A DNA stretch of 64,000 bases, taken from positions 2,544,041 through 2,608,040 of the forward strand of contig NW_003314263.1 in NCBI RefSeq assembly GCF_000143415.4. The letters are read 5' to 3'. The translations under genes were made by a program, and so were the position numbers. Below, piece after piece: positions 36,201 to 49,426 of this stretch (positions within the stretch are counted from its first letter, which is position 1; the number at the start of each line of letters is the position of its first letter). The stretch comes from Selaginella moellendorffii (taxonomy: Eukaryota > Plantae > Lycopodiophyta). The notes under the pieces were generated by a model. It had not been told where the DNA came from, ran no database searches, and saw only the letters and a program-made list of their open reading frames with translations.

Positions 36201-39200
36201 TCGACTTTGGTTAGCTTGGTTGCTGGAAAGCTCCAAGTGGTGATTCACTCTTGCTTTCTTCTAGCTTTGTCCTGATGTTGATGGCATTAAAGTGATGCCT
36301 TGTCATTGATGTTGTTGACATTGAGATTCGAGTGAAATGAGATATCCTTCCAAGGATTGATATTGAGTTTCATTAGTCTTGATGAATATAGTGTTGATGA
36401 TTTGGCTATAGTTTTGTGTTGTTGGCATTCGTGCATTTGCTAGTTAGCAACTGTGTTGACGTTCAAACGAACTGAGTGGCAAGTTGAGTTAGTTGTGTTC
36501 TAGACGAGATTATTTAGTAGAGGGTTGAGCTTTAGCTTTTCCTTGAAAAGTGATTTAGTCGTGGACTATGCTAACTCTACAAGAAGAAGAGTTAGTGATC
36601 GATATTAGAATGTTGAGTCCTTGCTGGATTTGAGTTCGGAATATAGCAATCATTAATGATTCTTTTTGAGCTTGTTATGAAGTGAGTTACGTCTTGCTAT
36701 AGATGGATTCATGGAGGATCGTTTGATGATCACTTGTTAAGCATAACTTCGTTATACTTAGCTTTTGGATTGATGCAGAAATGCTCTTCATTAGCTTTGG
36801 CATTATGAAGTTTGGCTTATGGATGTGTTGAGGAAGATATTGTGGGTTGCACCATGATTTCTTCTTTAGCATTGAAGTTAGCTTCTATGAGACTTGTGAT
36901 CATTATTAGGCAAGACTTAGTTATAGGCTTCTTCGAGCTTTTGGTTCTTGAGTTTTGTGCTTATTGTTCCATTTGTTAGAAGTTGTTGGGGAAGGCATTT
37001 TGGCTCATTAGCTTCGATGTTGAAGTTGGTTTTTGCATCTGGCAATCATTGGTGATGATTGACTATCATCTAGGGTAGTTGATTGTCCTTATCACAAGTT
37101 TTGCTTGATTATTGTTGGTTTGGAATTATTTGCTATTCTTCGGGATGGTAGATTCTTTCTTCAATGATGATTATACATCACTACATTGATGAGCTGATTG
37201 ACGATCTTTCATGATAGTTAGTTGTTCTCTTTGATGGCTTTTGGCTTTTCGCAATACCACATATTCTTTGTGGTTTGCTCTGGATTGGTCTCTTGGGTTT
37301 GAGACATCAGTAGGATGTTGCTGACACTTGCTTAGGCAACTTGAGTTCCTTGGTGTTATTGGCTGGGATCTATCTGGATTGGCTAGTGCGATGATTGGCA
37401 TGAACACTATATTTGCTTGCTTTGCAACATTCATTTTGTTATGTTGATTATTGCTTGAGTTAGTTTTGATAGATTAGGATGTTATTTCCTTTGGGTGATA
37501 CATTCGCGAGCATTTTGCTTGTCAGTCAATGATACTTTGTGTTCTTTGAGTTATCTTTCGTAAGTTGTTTAGCATTCTGTCTGCAATCTTTAATAGTTAA
37601 ACTTTATCATTGAGTTTACTTAATGATATACTTGCTATTGAATTTTGTTTAATGGTGAATCCTATGTTTACCAATTATGCTGATCTTGGTGGTTCTTATA
37701 CTATAATACTAGTTTATCGGATGATAACTTACTTGGAATACTTTTGTGTTCTAATCTAAGCTTTATTCACTGATAATTAAATCTCTAAAAATATCATTGT
37801 CTATGACTTTGATATTGTCCATCTATTGATCTTTGAGTTTGGGCTAGTAATGGGCAGACTGGCTTCGGCACTTCGTGTGCATGGTGAAATCTCTAGTCAT
37901 GGGGTAGCTACTGTCGACTGGTCACATAACCCGCCTCTTTGTCGATGTTCCTTATTCCGTTGAAAGGGCGTGACCGTGTAAACAACTCTAAACTGCCTGT
38001 TTACAGTAGTCTATCTAAACCTTACTGACGGGTTTGGTTTCTTTGCTTAGGAGGGTTGGGGCCTCTGGCTTTTCTCTCTATGTTCCTACGGGCAGGGGCA
38101 TATCACACTTTTGTAAGCTGGGTGACTCCCAGAGCAGCAAGGGTGGCTGATTCCGTTGGTCATTTCCTTGTCGGCGACGGCCGGAAGGTGTCTAAGCTGG
38201 TAGCGCATCCGCGTTAGACAAAGAGGTTTCCCCCTAACTCATTTAAGTTGGTGCATTTCTCACATAGTGTGAGTACTGTGAACTTTTTATGGAGTTGTTT
38301 CCTTGGCGGTATTCTAGACTGGAGTATGCATCGACGAGGACGTCGATTTTCCCAAGGGGGGGAGAGTGTCGCGAATGTGACTTCAGGTATCGAAAGTTAC
38401 CTGTCGGCCAGTCCTTACGGACACTCTTACCTTACTGCCACGACGGCAGGAGATCGGTATTGCTGGACCCTTTATTAGTCTCTCTTGTTCAAGTGTTAGT
38501 AAACTGGGCTTAGCACCTATACTTAGCCAGATGGACATAAGGTAGGAACTCCTATGTGTTTCTAGCTGAGCATACTCGGCCTGGCTTTTAGTTCTCTTTT
38601 GCTCTGTCTTGCACTAGCTTGACAAGAACCCTCGCATATTGAGATTAGTCCCTCAATATTGCTACATGATAGCTTACCGTGTCTGCCAAACACCCTCGCT
38701 ATCATGCCCTTTGTGTTAGTCTCAATTCGTCCCAGATGCTATTTATGGAAAGTGTCCAGATTTGCTCATTTGGCATATCTACGGAATGTAGAGATCGTCC
38801 TGAACACAATGGTGTTCGTCCCGTGTCCAAATTCGCAATCTAAGGACATTCCATATTTAGTAAGTTTTGAGCTTGTCCCAGAGACTAACTCCTGATACTA
38901 AGGGAGGCTTGGGGTGAAAGCCCAAAGCGTGTGTTCCTCAAGGGGGGGGGGCTATGGGGGGTTCCAAATGTATAGTAGGGATAGTGGGTAGGTCGGGCAT
39001 GGCCGACCAACCTGAGGCATAGTCTAGCTCCCGCTTGCGTGCTTGTCCTTGTTCTGCGTCCGGCTTGGGTCTAAGCCCAAGTTCCATTCCATGCTAGCTG
39101 GTGGAGTACCCATACTCTCACGTTAGGCCACCGGTATGCCGAAATAGCGCCAAACTCCGTTTGGCTCCGTTTTGCGTGTTAGTCCTGGCATTGGGATGTT

Positions 39201-42200
39201 GGTTGCTTTAGGACTGTTCCAAGTCGCTCCGGGCTCCTGTCCCTTCGCTCCTTGGGCTATATGCTCGGGAGTTGCTCCGTGGTCTGGTTCCATCACTCCT
39301 TGGCGTCACGCTTAGGAGTTTGGCACCGTTCCTTCGTTCAGTGGCCCAAGGCCCTGAACCTCGGGTTCCTATGGACACGTGGCATGGACACGTGGTATGT
39401 GACACGTGGCATCTGTCACGTGGCACAAAGAGGGTTTAGGTTCCGCTTCGTGGTGTTATCCTATGGTAAATCACCATAGGATAAAGGGTCAAAACCACGT
39501 GCGCTACAGTATGGACCTATCCTCGAGGAGTAGCATGTCGAGAGGACATGGCTCTCCACTCAAGTTTATGCGTGAACTTGTGCGCAATGTGGTGGATGGA
39601 AAGGGGTCAGTAAGGGAACGACATTGGGATCTTGGGAATAGTATAAAGGTTTCCTTAAAGAGTTGAGGATGTGATCCAGATGAGCGTTTGATGCAACAAA
39701 TGGGCTAATGTAGTTGTGGTAAACAACTATAGTTGGGATCACGGGAAAGATGTAGACTCTAAAAAAATAAAGATTACCCTCACAAGATTACCCTCATATA
39801 GTTGAGGTTGGTGCTCATAAATTTGAGATTGGAATTGATAACCATGGGAGGTTAAATATGGAAGAGGACACAAGTCCTTGAAATGGTAGCTGGGGCTACC
39901 TCTAATAAATGCTGGAGTTGGGGGTGTACTTAGAGGATGAGTTGGTATTCTCATCACATAAACAAGTGGTCATAAGGGGTAAAAAGTTACCCCAAGAGAA
40001 CAAAATCAAGTGTTGGAGTAACACTTGCAAAGATGGTCCTTGTAAGTAGAACATGAATATAATAAGTTGTATTCCAATGAGCTAAAACCTCAAAAGTAGG
40101 ACCTCACAGGTCATCAGATTAACAAAGTCTAAAAAAGATGACTTAAATAGAGTCAAGGAATAATCCTAAGGGATTGATGGAAGCATTTGGACTGAGGTGT
40201 TTGAACCCTACGAAGGATGGGGGGATTATAGGATCCAAGTATGAGAATAGTGGGTATTTCATCGATGGCAGAATGTGCCATACTAAAGTTGTGGGAAAGG
40301 TGTTCCCCAAAAGAAAGCAACTTTGGCATAAAGTTACTATGGTGTAGTGCTAATTGATAGTTGGTATGAGAAACGACTGCTTTGGTCTTAGCAAAGACCT
40401 CAACACAAGAGGGAAGTGTCGTAAAGGTGGGCTTGTAGAGCCGATGGTGTGAAGACACCGAATGTGCCAAGGCAAGTTGCCTTGAGGTCAAATTAGTGGG
40501 TTCATAAGAACCCTTTCCCAAAGGAATCCTAATGGAAATGGGAATGGCATAGCCTAAGCTGGAAAGTATGTGATTAGAGTGTGGTGACCCAAATAATGAT
40601 AGAGGTGTGGAAGCACCAACAATGAGTTGTAGAACTTGACAACTATGAAATAACTAAGCAAAAGGTGCAAAATAATTGGTTAAACTGGTAGAAGGTAACT
40701 ACCTAAGACTTTTTATTGGGATAAAGAAGTTAGATATACCCTTATGAGGGAGAAATTTCTTATGTTGTGATATAATAAATCAATGTCGTAAAGGGAATGC
40801 TCATTGCCAAAAAAGCCATCATTGGGACACCCAAACACTCTAGAACACCAGGAGGGGGTGTTTGGTGTTGTGAAGGCAATAGATAATGCCCAAGGGATAA
40901 AGTCTTTAGCGAATGATGGATAATCCAAATGTCCAAGGTTGCGGAGACAGGAGAAGTCTGTCTACCCAAATTAGACAAAGCCAAAAAGGGATTTTGGCAA
41001 GATTAGTGATGGGCATATAAAAGCCCATAAGTAGCAATGGTAATCCCAGTATATAGGATTATAAAGTGAGCAAACCTAGATTGAGGAACCACTTCCTAGG
41101 TTGTTAGGTACGTTCATCCCTATAAATATTCGCCAAAGCATGGTAGAAAGTGCAAAGCTATCTTCCTAGTTTGAAAGAGAATGACCGAAGGAAATGTATG
41201 AGGCCAAAAGGCAAGTAGTAAAGGGATAGACCCGAACCATAGGAATTGACAGGCATAACCAAGGGTGGTTATGCAAATTAGGAGTGGAGAATTAAGTGGG
41301 TACTCAAGCATGTTGTCACTAGCAATCGTGATGCCATGGAGAGTCTAAAGTATGGAATTGTCTATGATAGACTATATGGCAATTAGAAAGCTTGCGAAAG
41401 GAGAAGCCTTAGCAAATTAAGGGATAGAGTTCCTTCAAAAAGTTCCCAAAGACAATTCTAAGTAGCTTGATACCTAGAAAGCCAAATGTAAATGGTTCAT
41501 AGAACGCACGAAATCAAAGTGGCACAACAAAAGCGTGGTCTTGAAGCTTGCCATGAGGCGAGGCTATCAAGGTTGGGGAAGTAGTTTCCGAGTGTTCAAA
41601 GAGAGGGCTTTGAATGAAAGTCAATGGTTGAGGACTTTCATGCTTATGCATGAACCATGTTACGGTGGCCGGATGACTTGCTAAGTGAGATTGGCAAGTC
41701 GGGGGAACAAATACCTTAGTTGAAGGTGCTAACTTCAAAAAGGGTGGCCCATGGGGCCAAGTATGGAAGAGTTCATGCATGATCATAAACATGTCAAGTG
41801 AGAAGACTTGGCAATATGGAGGAACTAAATTTCTAAGTTGTGATCTATAGCGCGTTTTAAGTATATGTTGGTGCATCGGCATGGGGAGTCACGCTAAGCA
41901 TCTTGTGTGATGCCATCCGTAGATGCATATATGGAGGTTGGGTTCGAGTTCCGACCCTCTAGTGCTTGGGTTCAAGTCCCAACTCACTAGGGCATGGTGA
42001 TGGTTTGGAATATGAGGACACTTATTTTTTGATGATCATGGACTCTTAGTAAGGAGACTAACTTGGGCACACCGCCAAGTGAGGAGATGCCCCGGAGTCA
42101 TAATACACGGTTAGATTGCTTAATATGAAAGCTCAGGATATCTAACTTAAACACTTTGGTGCAAAGGGCACCAAGGACGTGGTGAATGAGATGGGGACAC

Positions 42201-45200
42201 TCAGTCTCAATTGCTATGGACCCTTGGCCGGAAGGGCTGGTTTGGGCGCACCGCCAAGTGTGGGGGATGCCCCCGAGGTCATGGTTAACAACTTAAAAGT
42301 CTAGGAGACCAGTACTTATAGGCAAACTTGTTAAGGTGCCGAGGTTAAATCATTAGGTGATCTTATGGCTAAAAACAAAGATAAGGTCCTTGTGAGGTTA
42401 AAGAATAAGGTTCCTAGTTCAAAGTGTTGATTTGAACTATTGATGATGGTGTGGCTTGGGCAAGGGGACCAAGTGGGAAGAACACCTAAGGGAAATGATC
42501 TGTGTCAAAGCGATGGCATAGTGAGTCTGAGGAGAGTAGTCTTTATAAGAGAAAGAGACCCATAAGAGGGTCACAAAGTTGGGCCGTGGATAAAGCCCAT
42601 AGCAGAAAATGCTTTCACCCAATTGCCTATATTAGTATTCGGACTTGGACTCGGACTCGGTCTCGGACTCGGTCTTGGTCTCGCTCTCGGTCCCGGTTTC
42701 ATCATGGACTCCATCTCGGGCTCCATCTTGGGTCCATCTCGGACTCTATCTTGGATCCATCTCGGACTCCATCTCGGATCCATCTCGGACTCCATCTCAG
42801 TCCATCTTGAGTCCATCTCGGACTCCATCTCGAGTCCATCTCGGACTCCATCTCAGACTCTATCTCGAGTCCATCTCGGACTCCATCTCGAACTCCATCT
42901 CAGGTCCTTCTTGGACTCCATCTCGAACTCTATTTCGGACTCCATCTTGGACTCCATCTTGTACTCCATCTCAGACTCCATCTCAAACTCTTCCAAGTGC
43001 CATATGTTGGTCCTCTTGTGTCCCTTTTCTAGAGACTCATTTATTGCTTGCTTTGTGCTTGTTCCTTGAGTACTTCGTAGGGAGTTCCACTCCCGCTCTT
43101 TACCTTTCAAGTTGGAGCTTTTAGTCCAAACATGTTATGCTTGTTTGGATTTTGCTTCGGCCACTACCATGTAGCACCCTTCCGGCTCCACTTTGGGGCC
43201 TAGGATTTTGTGTCTCACAACTCCACCACCCATAGACAAAGTTCAATGTCCTCATCGAACGATAAACTATTTTATAAAGTAATACCAACTTATATTACCC
43301 TTACCATCCTTGGCCCCCACCAATATTCGTCAATGGTTTGATACTGAAGGCTCACCATGCTTAGCCTATCCTCTAAGGAACATAGTCTCTCCAACTTAGA
43401 GGCTCATTCGACCATTTGTGGTTGTTCTCTCTTTTTATTGGTTTGGTTCTCACTAAATCTATTAAAGACACCTCCTTTATCTCAATCCTACTATTCATTC
43501 TTGAGTAGTCTTAGTTTCCATCGATATAACCTTTGCCCTTTAGAACTTTTAGATTTGACTTCTTAGAGTTAATTTTCTATGTGTCTCTGACACCTTACAT
43601 TACACATATAGTGCAACTCCACTTCCTCATCCTAGGAAGTTTTTTACTTGAGGGCACCATCATCTTCTCTCCAATTTCATACCGCCTTTGGCATTAAGTT
43701 CCCGTTATCATAATTTGTGCTAGTGCTATCCACAGCCCTATCATTTGGCTACCTTACCACTCCCTCCCTTGGAGCTTCCATTTTCGCTATATCGGAGTAA
43801 TTGAGAATTCATCCTTGGAAAGACATTGTCTTTCCCACAATCCGTTAGCACCCCACACATTAGTGTTCTTGGCCTAACTTTGCCATTTGGATTCTTTCCC
43901 ATGATTCCCATGGCTCTTTTCTTAGCTACTAATCTTTTGCTCCTATCCTTGATTGTTGCACCTAGCAACATAGGATCACTACCTCCATTCTCGAGGTATC
44001 CTTTCGGTTCCATAGCAAAGACTTTACTTTGCCAAGTCCAATGGGTGTTCACCTGTAGTTCGAAAAATATAATAGGGAGAGTGTGGGCGTTGGATCCTAG
44101 TGGAGCTAGTTTAGCCAGGAAAGGCCAGTTTGGCCCAGGAAGGCTGTGCCTAAGTGTTAGGTGATGGGATAACCACTGGGATGTCCAAGGCTAGAGTGAA
44201 TATGGACCGAGTTTAATGAAGTGTTCAAGAGTAGGCTCTAGTTCCCCCAGGAGATCGAATGGTTGATGCTCCCAGTCCAAGTGTGGGTGGCATTACCTAC
44301 TTGGATATTAGGCGTGGCTCAACGGAATCTCACTCTAAGCCCATGGCTAGAGCACCCAAAGGCGGAAGGCGGGGAGAGTACTCATGAGGCCCACATAGAG
44401 CCACAGTGTTCCGAAATGTTGTCCCAAAGTCCCAGACTGTGGAAAGAAAGAGGAGTAGCCCTCTGGTGTGGTGACCAAGGACACAGTCGCATGGTGAGTA
44501 AATCCTAGAGGACCATGGGATTTAGTGGTTAGGCCTATGGGCCTTGATCCAGTGGCAATGTTGGCAAACACAGCCATGGACAGAAAGGGACTTGGTGGGG
44601 ACTGAAAAAGAGATATTGGGGAAGGCTATTCCCTATGTTTACGGGCATCTTAAGGATGCTAAGGAGTGGATTTGGGATGACCACTCATGAACAGATGGCC
44701 CAGTCTTGGAGAGACGGGATTGCAATGCAAGTGGTGTTGGACCACTGATGTGACCAAGGTGAATGGGCATGGCCTAGCGTAACGGGCTGATATGTCGGTG
44801 GTACTTTGGGGTGTCGGTCATGGGATCGGACACGTGGAGCACTTGGACCAAGTGCAAAGGTTGAGTGGCATGGATGCCATCCTTGGAGTTAGCAAGCCCC
44901 AAGTCCTGAATTGGACTTATGGAGGTTGTGAGTGAGACTCCTCCTAGTGGTCGGAGAGGTGTTAAGTGACTAAAGTAAAATGGAAAAATTAATCATTTAC
45001 ATTAAGTTCCACTTCGTGGTTTTTCTATGGTAAATCAAAGATAAAAGGTGAAAACTACATTTAGTATCAGAGGATGAGTCTCAGCAAGTACTATCCAATA
45101 AAATTGAGCAACTAATCTTGTTGCATATGCAAAAATGAAAACAATGATCCAAATGGATACACATTTAGGTGCTAAGACATTGCATTTGTTCCTTAAGTAT

Positions 45201-45934
45201 GGATTTTGGTTACCTTTTTATACTATGTTGTATGAGCTTGTGCTTGGGCTCATGTGTGAGCTATATTAGCAAATTAGGTTACACTTTTAGTTGACAAGAT
45301 TACCATGAGTGGTTCCATATACCATAAGTAAAGGTAAACCTCCCATAAGTTTGCTATGAGTAGTGAATAGGCTGATCTGTAGCTATTTAGTACAACAATA
45401 GTGGATCCTTCTTAGGTATGATTATGAATGGATCAATCAAAACTATAAGGATTAATCTATTGGTTTAAGTAGTCAATGCTATGCTCTTTTATAAACTTTC
45501 CTTGGATTAAACTGAAGGCAATGCAAATGTAGGCTTGAGGTTTAGTCAAGATGAGACTAAAAAGAGAGTTATTAGGGACGAAAGATCAAACATGTAAATC
45601 ATTTTCTCTTCTTGGAGAGATAATTTGGCAATAAAATGTGATTTTATTGCTTGTGTTCACATCATGCAATCAAGAGTCCCTATCTTGATGCATATTGAAA
45701 ATGATAGTGTTACAAGTGGTGAGTCTTGGGATGGATAATAGTGGAGCATTAAACCATTTTATCTAAGCTTGCTATTGAAAACTTGGATTAAAATGCTTAA
45801 TTCTTTTTCTAGGAATCTTGCTATTACTTCTTGAGTAGCATGGTGTTAGATTAGTGTTAAGTTTTCTTGAATAGGGAGTGGTGTGAACTTATCCATGTTA
45901 TGAACAAAAGCTAATAGTGTTGGGTGTTGTAAAT

Positions 45935-47054
45935 TGTAAGGAACCAACTCCCCGAGGTGTCATAGACTAAAGGATCCCCAAAGCACGACCAAAATGATAA
46001 AGAGTTTATCGGATGGGACCAAGTCTGAGATCGAGTCCAAGACCGACTTTGAGACCAAGTTCGAGACAGAGTCCAGGATCAAGTCTAAGGCCAACTCCAA
46101 GACCGAGTTCGAGATTGAGTTCGAGACTAAGTCCGAGATCCGAGATCAAGTCCAAGACCGAGTCCAAGGTTGAGTCTGAGACAGAGTCTGAGATCAGGTC
46201 TGAGATCGGGTCCGAGATCGAGTCCAAGATTAAGTCCAAGACTGACTCTAAATACTAATACAAATCATGGGGTTCCAAAGCATATGTCCAAAGCATATGT
46301 CTCATAGGGGGGGAGGGGGTTGCAGGGGGTTCCAAAAGTATAGTAGGGATAGTGAGGTCCAAAAACCAATCTTGAAGGAACTCTCTATAGTGCTTCCAAA
46401 TTGACTCAAGGTTGAGACTGGGGCTTAGGGGCCTTGGTTGGGAGTGAGCACGGACTCGGGTGGTGCTAAAGGGGCCACCTAAGGAAGTGATCAAGAGTAA
46501 CTCCCACTCCCGTAAGGGAAGTTGACTATAATGCTTCTGACTCATATGGAGTGGTGCCCTACTTGAGTATCTTGTGGCTTATTAGTCCTTGCCCTTCTTA
46601 TAGGCTTGGGCCTTCCCTTTGGGATGGAAGTGGGGGAGTAAAAATACCTATATCGGGCCGTTAGGCTACAATGTTTCCCTTCGATGTCCTAAAGGAAGTG
46701 CTGCACCCAAGGCTTAGAATTTAGAGGGTCTCATGATTAAGTTTTGTTGTATTAAGGGATGTTAGAAACTTAGAGGTTTGGTGTGCTTGGATGTTTGTGC
46801 TTACGGGGAGTGTAGCCAAACTTTAAGTCCAGTTTAACCCGAGAAGGGGGATTGGGAGAGATTTAGGGAATCTATGAATGGATGGCTAACACTCCATTGT
46901 TCATGTAGTGAATAGCTAAAACCAAATAGGATTAAATAGGAGCTTGTACAATAGGTGGGAACCTTGGCAAGGGAACTTAACTACGGCCAAGATAGTGTTG
47001 GTCGGATAAATGAGCTAAGCTGGCAAATTGAAAGGGAAAAATTTATAGCTTACA
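45935..47054 (+). mobile_element. Solo LTR D (1120 bp) inserted in C
   Basis: Termini TGTAAG...CTTACA with a perfect TSD TAAAT (45930-45934 and 47055-47059). Host sequence resumes collinear with A. Confidence 0.92.
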
Positions 47055-48167
47055 TAAATTTCTAACCATGGGGTGTGGTATTTATGTTGTATTTTATTGA
47101 ATTAAGTTGGCATTTAATACTTATATAAACTTTTATAATAGTGACAAAGGCATTACTTGTGGTGTTGCTTGATTAATAATCAAGTTATTGTGATTTTCAT
47201 ATCATATCTTAGTGATCGTGACCATGTGTTTACGAATTTTCTTAGTAAATAATGATTAACCCCAAAGTGGTTGATAATGAAACTAGTATACTTATAAATA
47301 GTAATATTAAAATAGCTTTGACTTGGTTCTCAATAGTGCTAAGTTTGAGTTGGTATCTTAGTTTTTGAGAGTTTGCTCATTGAGGTGTTAGAAAAGTTTA
47401 TGGCATTTATTTATTATAGTTTGTTGATAAATCCATTAGCACTTGGAGTAAATTATTAGATGAAAAAGATGTGTAACTAAGGTATTAACTTTGCTAGCAC
47501 TTTTCCTAGTGGAAGTGGCATTGTTATATTGAGTGATGAGGAACTTTCTTTAAAATTTAATTTTCTATATCATTTTTTATTAGAGTTTTGGCTTCATACT
47601 AGATCTTGAAGGTGATTGAAGAAGAGTGTTAGTGCAATATGGATATCTAAAAATATAGTCTTCGTGATTGAGTCTTGGATGTTCATTTTGCATTTTGTAG
47701 ATGTTAGTGTTGGATTCGGAAATATAGGCATCATATTCAATGCTTAAATATATTGTTGGGTCATAAGAATTTGTGTTGAGGTGAACCTTTGTGAAGTTAT
47801 AAGTAGAAAAAAGTTGGTTAAGTTTTGAAAATTTGTATTCCTAGACTAAGAATAATTCTTTCTCTAAAATGAAAATTTTCTAAATTTTTTTAAAAACTTT
47901 TCCAATAGTTGGTCTGTTGATTATTTTCCCTAAAAACCATTCCATTTTTGTAAGCTAATATAAACTAGTGCAAGGGTTGAAGTTTATTTTAATTGGCTTA
48001 AACTATAATAGATAGTTTGTATGGTGCAACCTAAAAGGGATGTTAACTTTTGGGGCTAAACCAATTAAGTTGGATAAAGTCTAAAGTTAGTGTAGAAAAG
48101 TGGTTGTTGCACTTTTATAAAAAAGTGACTTTTATACTTTTTTTTTAGTGTTATACTTGATGGCAAG

Positions 48168-48362
48168 TGTAATCTCCTGAATTTGGATTTCCTAAAAGGT
48201 TATACAGCCAAGTATTATTCAAACCCAAGGATGCTTAACCCTAAGTATCCCAAAACCCTTAACCGATTGGAAAAGGGAGTGCACTTTTTTTTATATGCCC
48301 TTTCCCTTTATATTTGATCCCTTATGAATCGTCTTTCAAGTTGTTCTCTTTGGTTGCTTACA
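48168..48362. mobile_element. Short solo-LTR-like insert (195 bp) in C
   Basis: TGTAA...TTACA termini; absent from A at the equivalent site. Shares CCCTTAA...TGGAAAAGGG with the TRIM F LTR. No clean TSD. Confidence 0.6.
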
Positions 48363-49426
48363 ATAGATTACACCTTACATTTTGTTAAACTTTATGAGAG
48401 TAGTGAGCTCTCATAGATCTTAACTTGGTCTTGGTAGCCTCATACCTTGGATGAGGATAGTAATGTCTAACTTAGTTGTTTGAGGTGTTAGTACCATACT
48501 ATAATTTTGCCTATTAGGAGGTTGTGTACTATATAAATCCATCTCATGGTCTTCACTTTAATTTTGGCTAAGTGTTGATCATATATAGCCAACTTCTTCA
48601 AGGTTATGCTTAGAGCTATTGGTTAAATGTGATGGTAAAATTTCTACTGTTCGATTGGATTCGAGTAGTCATTTAGTCCATGCATGTTTATGTTCCTATA
48701 TCTTACACCTAGACAAGTATATGACTTTGATGCATGAGTTAGTGTTTAAATCTTGTGAAAGACAAGTTAAAGAGTGATTATTGGTTGCTTTGCAACTAAT
48801 GATTGTTTGTAGACTTCATCAAGAACTTTTAACACTTGCTTTGCTAGATAAAGATTTATTAGTGATGGGCTTGTTTACCAGATGATGTTGTGGAGGATCG
48901 TATCATTCAAATTACATGGTTTTTCCATGTTAGCATATTGATTCCACTTTTGTTTATATCATTTGGTTATATTTAATCCATGGCAATAGATCTTATTGAG
49001 TCTTGGATGTGATGAATTACTCCTTAATGCTATAGTTTGAGTATTGTTGAAGGATTGGTCTTATATAATAATTAAGGTATCTTTAGCTTTGGTTACCTTA
49101 GTTGTTAGAGCGTTTTGAGTGGTGATTCGCTCTTGCTTTTTTCTAGCTTTTTTCTAGCTTTATTTTAGTGTTGATGATATTGAAATGATGCTCTATCATT
49201 GATATTGTTGATGTTGAGGTTCGAATGAAATGAGATGTCTCCTCATAGCATTGATATTGATTTTCATTCGTTTTAATGCAAATAGTATTAATAATTTGGC
49301 TATAGCTTTGTGTTATTAGCATTTATGCATTTGTTAGTTAGCAACTATGTTAGCATTCAAATGAGCTGAGTAGTAAGTTGAGTTAATTGTATTTTAGATG
49401 AGATTATTTAATAGAAGTCGATCTTT

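Larger units (their letters stand above)
32167..39508 (+). mobile_element. Young, structurally complete, non-autonomous LTR retrotransposon A (LARD-like, 7.3 kb)
   Basis: LTRs 32167-33360 and 38367-39508 (TG...CA) differ by about 7 transitions and 1 indel by eye. Perfect TSD GTATG, PBS TGGTATCAGAG (33363-33373), PPT AAGGGGGGGAGAG (38354-38366). The 5-kb interior has no ORF over 115 aa. Confidence 0.95.
30270..45001 (+). mobile_element. Non-coding LTR element B inserted in the 5' LTR of C
   Basis: 5' LTR TGTGAGAC...TTACA (30270-32077), PBS TGGTATCGGAG (32081). 3' LTR ends at 45001 and its first part is inverted. Flanks TTAGA and TTAAG are each one transition from the TTAGG at the equivalent site of the A LTR. 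Confidence 0.85.

Noticed and set aside
42623-43124. Ser/Asp/Pro-rich ORFs, also at 30458-31013, 46006-46258 and 51329-51832
   Set aside because: Translations of 6- and 12-bp tandem repeats in LTRs, open only because the unit length is a multiple of three.
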